Source: Candidatus Woesearchaeota archaeon
Lineage (GTDB): Archaea; Nanobdellota; Nanobdellia; Woesearchaeales; J072
Assembly (NCBI GenBank): GCA_003695265.1
Contig: RFII01000050.1
Coordinates: forward strand, 1-33,842
DNA: 33,842 bases
Reading direction: 5' to 3'
The notes under the pieces are model-generated. The model was given only the letters and a program-made list of their open reading frames with translations, searched no databases and was not told where the DNA came from. Within the stretch, counting starts at the first letter, position 1, and each line of letters opens with the position of its first letter. The translations under genes and the position numbers were made by a program. Shown in pieces: positions 33,226-33,842 of the stretch.

Positions 33226-33780
33226 TTAGAACTTTACCTTTACAGGCTCGCGCTCTTCCTTTGATTCTGTCTTGAAGAATTCCTCTTCCTTGAACTTGAA
33301 CATGGCTGCCATTATGTTTGTCGGAAACTGCTGGATTTTCGTGTTGAACTTCAGCACCTGGTCATTATAAAACTGCCTTGCATAAGCTATTTTGCTTTCT
33401 GTTCCTGAAAGCTCTTCCTGCAACTGCATAAAGTTTTCGTTCGCCTTAAGCTGGGGATACGCTTCTGCTACTGCAAACAAACTTTTTAGCGCGCCGCTGA
33501 GCATGTTGTCAGCCTTTGCTTTGTCGCCCAAGCTTTTTGCGTCTTTCATCAAGTTGCGGGCCTCTGTAACCATCTTGAAAGTTTCTTTTTCGTGCTTTGC
33601 GTATCCTTTCACAGTCTCGACAAGATTTGGGATAAGGTCAAACCTTCTCTTCAGCTGAACGTCAATCTGCGACCACGCGTTCCTAATCCTGTTCCTCAAG
33701 CGAATCAGGCTGTTGAACACTATTATCATGTACAGCACGATTATTCCAACAACAATAAGCACTATCTGCAAAGGACTCAT
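33226..33780 (-). CDS. lemA: LemA family protein
   Basis: N-terminal TM; [43 protein letters not shown]; SD GAGGTGA at 33787-33793. Confidence 0.97.
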   Translation of the reverse strand: MSPLQIVLIVVGIIVLYMIIVFNSLIRLRNRIRNAWSQIDVQLKRRFDLIPNLVETVKGYAKHEKETFKMVTEARNLMKDAKSLGDKAKADNMLSGALKSLFAVAEAYPQLKANENFMQLQEELSGTESKIAYARQFYNDQVLKFNTKIQQFPTNIMAAMFKFKEEEFFKTESKEEREPVKVKF

Positions 33781-33817
33781 TTTGCTTCACCTCTCTTCAC
33801 TTTAATAAAAAATCTCT

Positions 33818-33835
33818 TATTTAAATACTTTGTTT
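33818..33835 (-). promoter_or_regulatory. Putative BRE/TATA promoter of lemA-htpX
   Basis: AAACAAAGTA-TTTAAATA about 23 nt upstream of the SD. Confidence 0.5.
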
Positions 33836-33842
33836 ATTATAC

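Noticed and set aside
1638-33658. Many 60-200 aa ORFs antisense to or nested in real genes (e.g. 2620-3105, 6590-7021, 18568-18999, 25801-26394, 30073-30645)
   Set aside because: Shadow ORFs. They overlap well-supported genes, and many are F/S/L-rich mirror images of K/E codons.

Overview
AT-rich, gene-dense archaeal window. The fused PriS-PriL primase, the r-protein gene order and the lipoprotein family point to a DPANN (Woesearchaeota-like) organism, by inference. Left part: a 5'-truncated coiled-coil gene, then a minus-strand cluster of six predicted surface proteins with no function I can assign (1288-8793). The cluster holds four tandem paralogous Cys-rich lipoproteins, one polytopic membrane protein with a related ectodomain, and one pilin-like (class III signal-like) protein with a duplicated 10-Cys module. 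Middle: pelota, a TrmB-family regulator and pheS-pheT. Next is the archaeal S10/spc super-operon on the minus strand (rpl3 to rpl14e, with SUI1, Rpp29, secY and DUF106/EMC3). It lacks adk and cmk, many of its proteins carry long Lys/Glu tails, and it is preceded by a hairpin-rich leader of about 160 nt. Right end: fused primase, a divergent small TOPRIM gene, an orphan ORF and lemA-htpX. I recognised no tRNA, rRNA, CRISPR array or mobile element. All calls come from motif recognition by eye; no searches were run.
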